Assembly: GCA_964016885.1 (NCBI GenBank)
Contig: OZ024740.1
Span: 86,056,001 to 86,120,000, forward strand
Direction of reading: 5' to 3'
Source: Eledone cirrhosa
Lineage: Eukaryota
DNA: 64,000 nt
Shown here: piece by piece, positions 12,168-24,698 of the stretch
How the letters are laid out: each line of letters starts with the position of its first letter
How positions within the stretch are numbered: the first letter of the stretch is position 1
Notes under the pieces: model-generated
Databases searched by the model: none
The model's input: only the letters and a program-made list of their open reading frames with translations
What the model was told of the DNA's origin: nothing
Made by a program: the position numbers and the translations under genes

Positions 12168-13807
12168 TAAAATAACAGATTAAAGTTTAAGCAAAGAATC
12201 GCTGCTTTCACCCTTAACGGGATCTTCTGAAACTACCAAAGTCAATCTGTAAACGCAGAAGCGGATATTTCAAAAAACGTTGCAACCGGAGGAAGACAGG
12301 AAGACGATACTTTGGTTCGTGGAAACGTTCGCTGGCAAAGAACGAAAAAAAACGAATATAATACGTCATTAATAGGAGCGGTGAAAAACAATTACGCGCA
12401 AAGACAGAACCACGTTTATAGTATAAAAGAGGTCGTAGACTAATGTTCTCTTAGGTGATTCATAGAGACGTTCTCTGGCAATGAACGAAAAAACGAAGAT
12501 AATACGTCATATGTGGAGAACAATAGCACGCAAAGACAAAACCACGTAAATGGTATAGCAGAAGTCGTAGACTAAAATTCTAACTAGGAGACCGAATGAA
12601 TCTCCGTTTCAGAGTTAAGAACAAGTAAATAAATACAATACAAAATTAATAGAAATAAATAAATACATACACGCAAACAAATACGTACATACACAAGCAT
12701 ACGCAAAAAACTTACCATAGGTATACAAAACCACGCACATATAAATATGTGTGTGTGTGTATGCGTGTATACAAATAAATAATTATATAAACGTATATAA
12801 ATAAATAAGTACGTATATAACAAGCGCACACACACACCTACATGTAAATACACGAATGTTCGGAGACGTAAGTCAATCAAAACATGAAGTACACATATAC
12901 ACACACCCTACATACGTACGAACCTGCATACTCACACAGACGCAAAACTCCCGTATACACATAGCCAAACCATATGTACCAGAATATATAAAATTATACG
13001 CCATAACATAAACAATCAAATATGCGTACGAGAAGGTATACGTACCTTCACAAAACATACGGGTAATATATACTTACCTATGCAAATAAGTAATGGTATA
13101 AACAAAACATATACTTAGCTCCCACATCACGACGTAAAATATCCACGTATAGATCGTACTATCCGTTAGGGTATAACGTGGGGCTGTAATACAGTAAAGT
13201 TTTGTGCAATTTATATTTACAAGCCGAAATTGCCTCAGATTTTTTGTTTAAGATATGGTCTGTGGCGTAGAGTATTTCCAGGGCCTCAGCGGCGCAGAGG
13301 TCACATGGTCTTTTATTTCCGTTATACGATGTAGCCCTAGCTAAGATCTCCCAGTGTAACTTATATTGGGTGTGGTTGTCTTTTAGACTCCAGATATAAG
13401 CTGAAAGTGACGTCATATTCCTTCTTAGAGGGTAACGAAAAGAATGGGTATGCATGTAAAGACGCTGCTTGAATATATTGGCGGTTAACCCTATGAAGGC
13501 CCTACGGGACGTGGGTGTTACAACCTTACATTTGTAGACAATGTTACTAGAGAGGCATTTCCCGGATAGGGGGCAATCAGCCCGATTCCTACAATTACAG
13601 TTAGTACTAACTACAGGGTTGCACGTGTTCCTACGGCTAGGTAGTTTAGCTAAATTTGAAGCTGTGATGTTATGTGTAAGGTTAGGAGTCGTAAAGTAAG
13701 AAATTTTAATAGTATTTCTATTAAAAATGTTACTATATTTATGTGTAGGGGGAAAATGCTTCGTAATAAGGGAAAGAAAGATCTTAGCTAATGGTGTAGC
13801 CACCTCC

Positions 13808-13809
<2 letters not shown>
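12165..13809 (-). mobile_element. 5'-truncated Naiad-like PLE (GIY-YIG region 13159-13809 + ~1 kb 3' region)
   Basis: KHFP..H..IFNRNTIKISY, CNCR..CPLSGKC..IVYKC, FIG, SLSAYIWSLK, CDLC..E, LNKKSE; (TA)n flanks; close paralogue of 44251-45908. Confidence 0.85.
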
Positions 13810-13874
<65 letters not shown>

Positions 13875-14482
13875 TCTGTCTAGTTTATGTGTATGTAAAC
13901 TTCTAAATTTTATATACTCCCGTAAGGTTGAGTAAAACTTTAGGCAGTATTCGGATGCGCTTTCTAGCACCCAGCATACTCTCCGACAGGCACCAATCAC
14001 AAGCTTTCTGACTTGACCACTAGCCACGTGACAATTCTTAGCCATTTTGAATTCGTTTCTGGCGGGGATCATTTAAGAAAAATCTTTGTCCAATTGAATT
14101 AGTCTCCTGATGATTTCGAAACTCGTTGATTTATCCAAGATCCGATATTTCCAAAAAGCGAATGAAACTTCCGGGGATAGAGATATATTTGATGATTTTG
14201 GTATGTTTATGTACACTTTTCCTTCTAACTTTGATTTTGTACCTAATTATGTATGGTTAACTGTATGTCTAGTCAATTTCTACAGGCTATCAGAAATACC
14301 AGGTAAATTTTCTGTGGCTGTGAATCGCGGATAAAAAGTTATGATTTATTCATCTATTATTTCTTCATAGGTATATTTTAAACTTATAGCCTCGTTTAAA
14401 TAATTTTTTGTATGGTTGATTATGCTGATTGGGAGAAGACATACTATATATATTTTATCTAATGATTCTATGGACTTACTTT

Positions 14483-14586
<104 letters not shown>

Positions 14587-14681
14587 TGTGTGTGTGTGTA
14601 TATATATGTATTACGGGATCTTTTATATATATAATTCTTATCGAGCCGTCTTCGGATTTTGGTTTTCGTATTTATTATTAC

Positions 14682-14712
<31 letters not shown>

Positions 14713-14779
14713 ATTTGTGTGTGTGTGTATGTAGGTATATGTATGTATGTGTATATACATATATGTGTATGTCTGTATG

Positions 14780-14810
<31 letters not shown>

Positions 14811-14946
14811 ATATGTATGTATATATGTGTGTGTATATATATATATGCCCGAAACGTCGTCCTCCACCTACCCCCCACTCTCCTGAGCGTGAATTTAATA
14901 AACATTTATCGTACTGCCTCTCTGTTCTGTCCCTGTTCAATTTTTC

Positions 14947-14990
<44 letters not shown>

Positions 14991-15003
14991 TATATGTGTG
15001 TGT

Positions 15004-15077
<74 letters not shown>

Positions 15078-15078
<1 letters not shown>

Positions 15079-15500
15079 AGGTCGCTCTTCAGCTGGTAAT
15101 GGGTAACACAGTACAACCTGTGCATGATCAGGTCGTCGGCGACTAAACCGGCAACTCCACTTGCTTGCTGAGGAGGAGGATTTTGGGCACCTTGCAAGAT
15201 GAAAAACAAAACCCACCAAAGTGCGGAGGAAGTCAAGAGAGTCAACGCCCATCCAATAAAGGTTTTTTTTATTTTGTGGAGCGAGATATTCCTAGTCTTC
15301 ATTAAGACATCTCTCTAGGAGGTGTTCGATGTTCAGAGAGTGGGATTGTCCCCGTGAAAAGCCTTTATTCATTTAAAAAACCCTCAAGCACAGGCATCGC
15401 TTCATATGTGACATTTTTCGCAATGCATGGTATTGGTAACCATAGGCAAGTCCCTAGCAGGACTAAGAAGCCAGGTTGGAACCAATATTAGCACTATGCG
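15078..15500 (+). mobile_element. RTE-derived non-autonomous repeat, diverged copy
   Basis: gtcggcgactaaaccggcaac...aagagagtcaac...cagagagtgggattg...aagcacaggcat, shared with 26145-26445, 42875-43285, 47588-48179. Confidence 0.65.
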
Positions 15501-15986
15501 TTAGAATAGTGTATCTATTAAGTTTAACACGATTAAGTTTCATATGAATGTTTTTATATTATCGATCAGTTACATATGTTTCACAGATGATAGGCTCTAG
15601 TTCTGCATGGGTATTATAGACCTGATGCCAGCCTGACGTATTTCGTCCTTTAATTTACTGTTATTTAATTGAGTACTTATATTTTTTGTGGTGTGTTTGG
15701 TGTTTCCTAAGATTATATATATTGTAAAAGGGTCGGCCGAAAATTCATAGGCTGACATATTAGTTTCCTAAGTATCTGTATGGTGAGTAGGTTTTAATGT
15801 CAATACTATTTAATTTAATAATTGTATTTTGTGGCCTTGTTTTAACTGGTTTAGGTTGTTTTGTATTTACTTGTTTGGTAGGGCTATGTATCGGAAAAAT
15901 GTATATACATGAGTAACATGTATGTATATATATATACATATATATATACGTAAATATGTGAATATATATATATATATATATATATA

Positions 15987-16102
15987 TAGGAACCAGTAAG
16001 ACCCCATGGGTCTTACTGGTTCCTATTACCCACTCTACTACCTCAAGTATTGAGTACTTTGGTGCGTTATGGTCCACCTGGTTCCTTACCACATTTCCTT
16101 CG

Positions 16103-16104
<2 letters not shown>
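15987..16104 (+). repeat. ~140-bp dispersed (TA)n-inserted element with fold-back 5' end (copies 23955-24095 -, 35233-35373, 43922-44105)
   Basis: Shared ttacccactctactaccctaagtattgagtactttggtgcgttatggtccacctggttccttaccacatttccttcgtta. Confidence 0.85.
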
Positions 16105-16157
<53 letters not shown>

Positions 16158-16165
16158 TAAATATG

Positions 16166-16198
<33 letters not shown>

Positions 16199-16239
16199 GG
16201 GGCTATGTATCGGAAAAATGTATATACATGAGTAACATG

Positions 16240-16291
<52 letters not shown>

Positions 16292-16330
16292 CATGTTACT
16301 CATGTATATTCATTTTTCCGATACATAGCC

Positions 16331-16399
<69 letters not shown>

Positions 16400-16403
<4 letters not shown>

Positions 16404-16821
16404 GAGAGTAAAACAAAGAATCCTTTAATACATCAAAAGTTTTTATTAGCCGACAATGTTTCGTCCTATTAAGGACTCATCAGGGCAATCAAAACAACAA
16501 GAGGTAATATCGGCAGATACAAGCCAGAAACTCTGAAGAATATGGAGTTTACATACACTAATGTCTTACAAAGATATACGATAATAAAAATGAAAATAAA
16601 GATAAAAATAATAAAATTATAATAACTAAGGATGTAGATAACATTAAGAACCATATTACAAATATAGTCCAAAGCCACCAACCTAAATCTAAACAAATTT
16701 GGTTATATAGAGCAGGAATTATATATAACACAATATAATACATTATAATAATAATATATTTATACCAACATTAAAATTCCAAATTAAAAATCAAAAGGTA
16801 CAATATATACATGTATATATG

Positions 16822-16880
<59 letters not shown>

Positions 16881-18846
16881 ATAACAATACACATATCTAT
16901 GTTCTATTACACAGAAATTAAGCCCTATTAGAAGTTTGAATATTAAAAATAAGCATGGTAATAGTGAAAATAATACTAATACATCTACCCAATATACATG
17001 AGGCAATAATATGATATAATTATAAGAAACACTTATAACAAATAATAAACAACAAAATTATATAATTCAATACAATATAATAAAGTAGAATAGATAATCC
17101 CCGGTTAATTTACAGAAACAATATAGATATCACAATGAAATACAATGATAAAATGTTAACATTATATTAACAAGTACCATAAACAATATATACAAAATGA
17201 TTCATACTGGGTTACATAATAAATGAGGAAATATAAATCATATAATACTCAAAAAAACTATAATGGTACAGGGAAAAATTGTGGTGTTACAGAAAAAATA
17301 TGATGTTACAGAAAAAAATATACAGACATCTAACATGATATGTAAAGTCTAAATATCATAATGTTACATATTACAATATTAAAATATTTAAAAAATCCAG
17401 ACATCTTACATGATATATAAAGTTTAAATATCATAATGTTATATATAATGAACGGTAAGTAATAAGGATCTATATCATAATGTAATATATTTTAAAATTG
17501 GCATGAAATATATAAATATATAAATACTTATAATTACAAGGTTAGTAGACAGACATGTGTGGATGAGTGAGCGAAGCCAGACAGTGAATAGTAAATAGAA
17601 TATAGAATAAAACAAATAAATACAATCAACCGGAAATTACAAAACAAAAGCAAATGTATACACATTTAGGCCTCGCGTGCATTAAGAAATTAGGTAAACA
17701 CCAAGGAAAGCGATCATTTTAAATGACTCCAAGCCCTATCTGATAAATTAATATTAAAAATATCGAACCCGTCCAATAAGGTAGTATAATATTAGCTGTA
17801 GTTTAAGTCATTAAAGTATATAAACTTTAATGTATCATTACAAATGTTTACAAAAAGGAGTAAAATTACACTATCATATACGCAACGATATCTAAAAAAC
17901 TGACTTAAGTAGAGTTAAGGTAGGCTAATGGGGACAGAATTGACAAAATATATGGAGGGTGCGAAGTGGCATAAAATATATTCGATATACTATAATAAAT
18001 AATAGAACGGAGCATAAAAGAGGGGGGGGGGGTTAAATATAATCATATTCAATCTGGAGGGGTTGACAATAAGTTTATGTGTGCATGGGGGGGGGGAGAA
18101 AGGGGGGGGGGGGGGTTGTCGATAGATAAATCAGAATAGACTTAGAAATAAAAATAGAATTAAAAATAAAATAAAAATAATATTAAAATTAAAATTAAAG
18201 TTAATAATAATAAAAAAATATAAAGATAATAATAGAATAACGTAAGTGGCGTAAAGTGTGTAATCTTATGTATACTAACAAGGTGTAATAGTGAAGATAT
18301 AGATATGGTACAGTGGCCAAATGATTATGAGAGCTAGAATGAAGAGTCATCAAAAACCAATGATAACATTAATGTTGGCAAACAAAAGAACCCAAACAAA
18401 AAACTAAGTAATGGAATATATCTGCTAATGGGTACAATTTGTACTACTAGAACATTTGGGTTTATAATAAAAGTAAGAATTAGAAATGGCATGGGGGCAA
18501 GAAGAGAATATCTCAGACTTTCTATTCAGTAAGGGTACGCTAGAGAAAATAATAGAGTGTCTCAAGTATACAGAGATTACAAAACTTACTATGTGCAGAA
18601 AGGTGGTTAGATCGTGCTACTAAACTCCAGTTAAGGCTATATGGTATATAAGCTCCCTTAAGATCCCAGATATAATGCGCTAGAGAGGTAGAATTCTTAA
18701 ACCTAACATGTTTGAAGTTAGAGATATGAGAGTTAAACCTAGTCTTAAAAGTGTTTGAAGTAGATCCTATATAAGTTCTTTTAGAGGAATTAGTTACAAC
18801 CTCGCAAGCATAGACAATGTTCTTAGAAAGGCAGTTACCGTTTAGA
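16400..18846 (-). mobile_element. Second Naiad-like PLE fragment: frameshifted GIY-YIG (~18425-18846), long T-rich 3' region, terminal hammerhead
   Basis: Manual minus-strand translation LNGNCLSKNIVYACEVV..TYIGSTSNTFKTRFNSH..SLAHYIWDLK..FCNLCILE..LLNRKSEIFSSCPH; missed by the ORF track; TA arrays at both ends. Confidence 0.75.
16439..16495 (-). ncRNA. Type I hammerhead ribozyme (canonical core, GUC site)
   Basis: GCC-CUGAUGA-GUCC-UUAAUA-GGAC-GAAA-CAUUG-UC-GGC with an extended stem I. Confidence 0.85.
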
Positions 18847-19458
18847 TGTATATATATATATATATATATATAGATATAGATAGGTAAATATACACGGGTG
18901 TGTATGATTGTGTATAGAAGATTATATTAATAAGAGGAATTCCAACTTTGTCTGATTTACTCGTTTTATTTACAATCCTTTAAAATATATATAATGGTAT
19001 TATAATGAAATAGTATGATAGAATATTAAATTCTAAGTGTTAATTGAACAAGTACTTTCATGCTTTCGCAATCTTCAGGTTCATGATATGTGGTGACAGT
19101 CGAGTTTGCAATTTTCAACTGTAATGAGATGGGTAAATTTCCTACCTTTTATACATTTTATACAGAGAAAAGTGGCTCCAGAATGCAAAGCCCTGTAAAC
19201 TGTATTTCGACCAATCAGTGTGTAGTTTCACTGAATTACTACAGCTGATTGGTTTAAGCGTCACGGCTGGTTGAGCATGCTAACGACCAATAGTCATATC
19301 CAACGTATCAATTGTTTTGCTTTTTTGAAATGATGAAAATAGCATTTTCTATTAATCATCACCATCAACATCACTTTTATTATTATTATTATTGTTGTTG
19401 TTGTTGTTGTTAGTGGTCGTGGTCATAGTGGTAGTAGAAGTAATACCCCTAGGCGTTA

Positions 19459-21764
19459 TTATTGTTCATTTAGCTTGGGTTTGAATTTATCAATAAAATT
19501 CTTTTCTTTGATTTTTCTCTTGATTTCATTTGGGCTGTGTAATTTGTAGAATGGGAATATTATAAATATTCCCTGACCACATGTTGCCAGGTGGCCGCTT
19601 AGGGGTATCTGACGGACATTTGGGTCTCTGATTTGTTGACGGTGTACCCGTGCACGTTCCGATAGTGCATTTCCAGTTTGACCGACATATAGTTCTTCAC
19701 AATTCGGGCATTTAATGCAGTAAATTAGATTTCTGCTTTTGCAGTTCATATTTGCATTTGTGAATATTTTTCCAGTTTTTGTTTTCATATATTGACCGGC
19801 GTGTATGGATTGATATGTGCCGCATCGATTATCATTGCATTTAGATACAGTGAATGATTGGTCTTTGTTGTTAAGGTCAAACTTTGCTTTTGTTAGCAAT
19901 TGCTTCAAATTTTTTGGCTGTCTTTTACTAAGAGTCAAAGATCGATCTGTGATTAAGCCTTTTAATTCATTACTTTGAGCAATGATCGGTAGGTTTGCTT
20001 TGGCAGTGTTGAAGATATTCTGGTGACATGGGTTGTGTGTCATTATAAATGGTATGACCAGTTCTTGGTTTCTTCTTCTTTGGGTTGTTCTAAGTTGTTG
20101 TATAGGTATTTTTATAGCCCGCTGTATGCCATTTTCTATAAGTAGAGATGGGTATTTTTGTTTGAGCAAAAATTCTCTTAGTTCTGTTAGGCGTTTGTAC
20201 CTGGTATTCGTATCTTCTACAATGGTACAAATTCTTCTGGCTAGGCAGTATGGGATGTTGCGTTTTGTATGAGGTGGATGGCACGACTTAAAATTCAGAT
20301 ATTGATGGGTGTCTGTGTGTTTATAATATATATCCGTGGTAATGGTGGTGTCGTTTTTGATTATCATTATATCTAGGAATGGTAATTTGGTCCTACTCAT
20401 CTCTTTTGTGAATTGGAGAGATGGGTGTAGGTTATTCAGGAGGATATTGAACTCATCCAGAGTATCTAGAGATTCTGTCCAGATGATGAAACAGTCGTCA
20501 AGGTATCTCTTCCAAGATTTTTCAATGTACTTTCTAAAGTCAGTACTATATTTTTCCTCTATTTCTTGGTAGAGTTGTTGTTCTAAGTATCCCATTACAG
20601 AGTTCGCGTAAACGGGAGCAAACTTCGTTCCCATCGCTGTGCCTCTAATTTGGATGTAATTCTTTCCATTGAAGAAGAAAGTGTTGTTTTCCAGAATAAG
20701 TTTAACTGCGTCTAATATAAATGGCGCTGTGAATCTAATGGGAATCACTTCTCTATGTTTTTCCACCCAGTATTTAACCGCCTTTATTCCTAAATCATGT
20801 GTAATGTTGGTGTAAAGGCTTACCACATCAAAACTGAGTAGAAGTGAATTCGTTTCCGTGGTTTTGGGAAGATGGGACAGGAAGTCGATATCATCCCGGA
20901 TGAAACTGGGTATGTGAATACATAGTGGTTTCAAAATAATGTCAACAAAATTGCTTAGACGGTGAGTGGGGCATGTTGGACCAGCTATAATAGGTCTAAG
21001 TTTTAAGTCTTTTGGGTGTAATAATTTAATGTACTCACTGTTTTGTTCTCTTACTGCCAGTTGTATTTCTTTTGACTTGTGAACTTTCGGTAGGCCATAC
21101 AGGTTGCTGGGTTTCGGCTCAAAATTGGTGATGTAGTCTCTTTCCTTATCAGTAAATGAGTTGTAGTATTTTGAAGCCAGGTTGTTGATCTTCTTCATGA
21201 TTTTGTGGTCTATATTTGACGGTATTTCATGATAGAATGTTGTGTCTTTCAGTTGTTCCTCAACCAAATCCTTGTAGTATTCAGTATCCATCATAACAAC
21301 TGTACCCCCTTTATATGCTTGTTTAATTATTATTGTTTTATCATTTTGTATACGTTTAAGTGCAGACATTTCTGATTTGTTAATGTTTGGCCTAACATTA
21401 GTATTATGTCTAAGAGGAAATTTAGACAGGATGTCAATGTATTGGTCGAGATAGATATTTCTTCCTTTTGGCGGAGTGAAATTTGATTTATTCTTTACTA
21501 GTGATTCATCACTCTCATTATTTTTATCAGCGAAGAATTCTACAAGACGTAATTTTCGACAGAATTCTTGGGTATCCTCCTTCAGTTCTTGGTGGTTGAC
21601 TGTTGGAGTCGGTGTGAATTTCAGTCCTTTTGACAGAATTTTCATTTCATCATTGTCAAGATCTCTTTTAGATAAATTAATTATTTTAGGATCTACGTGT
21701 ACAGCTGTTTTGGGTATGTTTCCTCCTGGAGTTTTTCTTTTTCCGGTTTTTGTTGTCCTGACGT
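19459..21764 (-). CDS. Neptune-like PLE RT + GIY-YIG ORF, uninterrupted but 5'-truncated at the inversion junction
   Basis: IINLS..LSKGLKFTP, YGLPKVHK, LRPII, FDVVSLYTNI, GTAMG, RYLDD, PFLD, LIYCIKCPNC..YVGQT; the first ~18 codons of the track ORF come from the inverted arm. Confidence 0.85.
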
Positions 21765-21841
21765 TAAAATGTATAAAAGGTAGGAAATTTACCCATCTCA
21801 TTACAGTTGAAAATTGCAAACTCGACTGTCACCACATATCA

Positions 21842-21880
21842 TGAACCTGAAGATTGCGAAAGCATGAAAGTACTTGTTCA
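21842..21880 (+). ncRNA. Minimal hammerhead (second copy 19045-19083 on minus)
   Basis: UGAAC-CUGAAGA-U-UGC-GAAA-GCA-U-GAAA-GUAC-UU-GUUCA; perfect 5-bp stem I and palindromic stem III. Confidence 0.8.
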
Positions 21881-22825
21881 ATTAACACTTAGAATTTAAT
21901 ATTCTATCATACTATTTCATTATAATACCATTATATATATTTTAAAGGATTGTAAATAAAACGAGTAAATCAGACAAAGTTGGAATTCCTCTTATTAATA
22001 TAATCTTCTATACACAATCTTACACACCCGTGTATATTTACCTATCTATATCTATATATATATTCCTATTGTGTATATGCCAACATGTCTGGAAAGCAAC
22101 AAATGAAACCAACAGAATCAGAAAGAATTCTAAAGGAGATATCATCGAAATTATCAACACTTATCACGATGATGGACACACAATCCTCTATTTTAAAAGA
22201 AATAGAAAAACAATCTACAGACGGAAAACTTATAACTGAACATATAAACTCTGAAATTAAGAATTTAGCTGAAACTATACCAACAGTTATCAAAGATACA
22301 AGAGAAAGCCTACCACATATATATACGTACACATACACATACATGTGCTTACACACACACACATACACACATAACACACACACATATATATATATATGTG
22401 TGTGTTTAATGGTAGCTAAGGTGCTTCCATAGACGGTATGCCAGTTAAGCACTCTATGTTCTTACAGAGCAGAGTGTGATATAATATAAAACGAAAAACC
22501 AGTGATGCATCTGGACTCAATTTATTGTGTCTTACAAATGTTTCGCCGGCAGACAGCTCGAGACACGATCGTTGTATGGATCTGTCTGATTCTGGAACTG
22601 CAGGTTCCAATAACTTCGGAACAAATATTCTCACTGGGGTTTTAGCTTAAAAAAACGTATGGATGTATATATATGATTATAATGTTTATATATGTGCATG
22701 TTTAGTACGACATACATTTTTAATGTATGACGCTGGATGTATATTTTAGTATATTGTAGTAGTTTTTTTTATTGATGTGTATGTATGTGTGTGTGAATGT
22801 ACACACATATATATGTAAGTCCGTA

Positions 22826-22856
<31 letters not shown>

Positions 22857-22973
22857 GCGTATGTATATATATATATATATATATGCAAAAGTTATATTAA
22901 ATTGTGGGATTCAATAAGCTTAAAAGTTTTATAACTGATATAAAGCACTCAACAGTTTACTGGAGTAAATATT

Positions 22974-23339
22974 CAATATATTAATAAATGGAAACTATAT
23001 TTATAAAACCATAATTATATTATTATATATATTTCAAGGGCAACCAAGGCAAATTTTGGTGCGCTTTCATCAGATAAAATACAAAATTTGTTTTATAAAT
23101 GTTGACATACCCGCGGAAAAACAACCTTGACGGTTGAAGGTTCTCTGGATAGTCTCTGGACCATCCAGAGAACCTTCAACCGTCAAGGTTGTTTTTCCGC
23201 GGGTATGTCAACATTTATAAAACAAATTTTGTATTTTATCTGATGAAAGCGCACCAAAATTTGCCTTGGTTGCCCTTGAAATATATATAATAAAATAATT
23301 ATGGTTTTATAAATATAGTTTCCATTTATTAATATATTG
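22974..23339. repeat. 177-bp-arm palindrome with a hammerhead in each arm
   Basis: 22974-23150 is the reverse complement of 23163-23339 (one mismatch seen); UAUUUUAU-CUGAUGA...GAAA-UAUAUA-UA-AUAAAAUA at 23232-23297. Confidence 0.9.
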
Positions 23340-23421
23340 TATATATGTATATGTGTATATGTATGTATATATATATATATATGTGTGCGTATATGTGTAT
23401 GTATATGTATGTGTGCGTGTA

Positions 23422-23500
<79 letters not shown>

Positions 23501-24440
23501 ATTTATATATACTTTTATTTATTTATTTATTTATTTATTATTTATATTTTTCTATTTACTTATTTATTTATTTATTTATTTTTATGTGTGTATGCACGCT
23601 TGCATGTATGTGTATGGGTGTATGTATTTGCTTACATTGTTTATGATCGTGCATGTATAACAGGATGCATCCTTTCATGACCCTATATGACTTTTGTGCA
23701 GATTTATGACTGTGAGTATACCACATTTGAGTACGGACAGAGATGTGTGCGTGCGTGTATGTATCTTTGCAGATGTACGTGGGCACGGAGGTATCTGGGC
23801 GCGTATTTGTTTGAATGTATATGAGCCAGTGTGTGTGTGTGTGTGTGTGTGTTTGCGTGCGTGTGTGTGCACTAAAACAGGCTAAGTGATTACTGGTGAC
23901 TACGCTTATGTGTGTGTACATATACACATATGTGTGTATATATATATATATATATAACGAAGGAAATGTGGTAAGGAACCAGGTGGACCATAACGCACCA
24001 AAGTACTCAATACTTAGGGTAGTAGAGTGGGTAATAGGAACGAGTAGGACCCCGACGGCTGAGCTCAAGCCGTTTCGACGGCTAATTCTGGACTAATATT
24101 TTATTGTAGTGTATTTGTGTATGCGTATGCATGTGGATGTGGGTGGAGGTGTGGGGGTGAGGGTTAGTGGTGGTAGTAGGGTGTATGTTTAGTGTGAGCG
24201 CGTGTATATATGTACCGGTGGGTGTGTGCGTGTGATAAGCAGGGGGGGAGAAGAAGGGAGGGATGTTAGTATGTTAGATATATATGATGGCTGCCCCCTT
24301 GTTATCGAGTATGGCCATTGCTCAATATAACATTATTAATAATTATTAACTAATGCCATCATGCCATCGTGCAATGCCTCTGTAGGACACTTCGGTTATT
24401 TTTCATTTTGTAAAAAAAAAACACTTTCTAATATATATAT

Positions 24441-24525
24441 CTTAGTCTTAGTCTTAGTTCCTCCAGTCCCTTGTGGGACATTGGACGACGAGCTTCCTCC
24501 ACTTGATCCTGTCACTGGCGGCCCT
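24441..24525 (-). mobile_element. RTE LINE 3'-terminal fragment with (CTAAGA)n tail
   Basis: Minus strand reads DRIKWRKLVVQCPTRDWRN* then ctaagactaagactaag. Confidence 0.55.
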
Positions 24526-24528
24526 TCT

Positions 24529-24578
<50 letters not shown>

Positions 24579-24654
24579 AAAATTGAACGGGAACAAAACA
24601 GAGAGGCAGTACGAACAAAGGTTTATTAGTTTCACGCTCTTGAGAGTGGGGTGG

Positions 24655-24698
24655 TGGTGGGGAACGACGTTTCGGGCATAAGCCCTTCTTCAGGTGAA
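24655..24698 (-). ncRNA. Penelope-type minimal hammerhead at the 3' end of a ~1.5-kb CA-rich element (24573-26090); partial copy at 14846-14950
   Basis: CUGAAGA-A-GGGC-UUAU-GCCC-GAAA-CG-UC. Confidence 0.75.

Larger units (their letters stand above)
18871..22315 (-). mobile_element. Neptune-like PLE bounded by 290-bp inverted pLTR arms (18871-19160 / 21765-22054)
   Basis: Arms are reverse complements and each carries a hammerhead; RT + GIY-YIG ORF between them; TA flanks. Confidence 0.9.

Noticed and set aside
14108-14180. CUGAUGA...GAAAC possible hammerhead (similar partial motifs at 9646 and 31842)
   Set aside because: No UH cleavage site or convincing stems
21765-21819. Predicted start MQFSTV... 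of the 786-aa ORF
   Set aside because: Comes from the inverted pLTR arm and starts at TTG; chimeric
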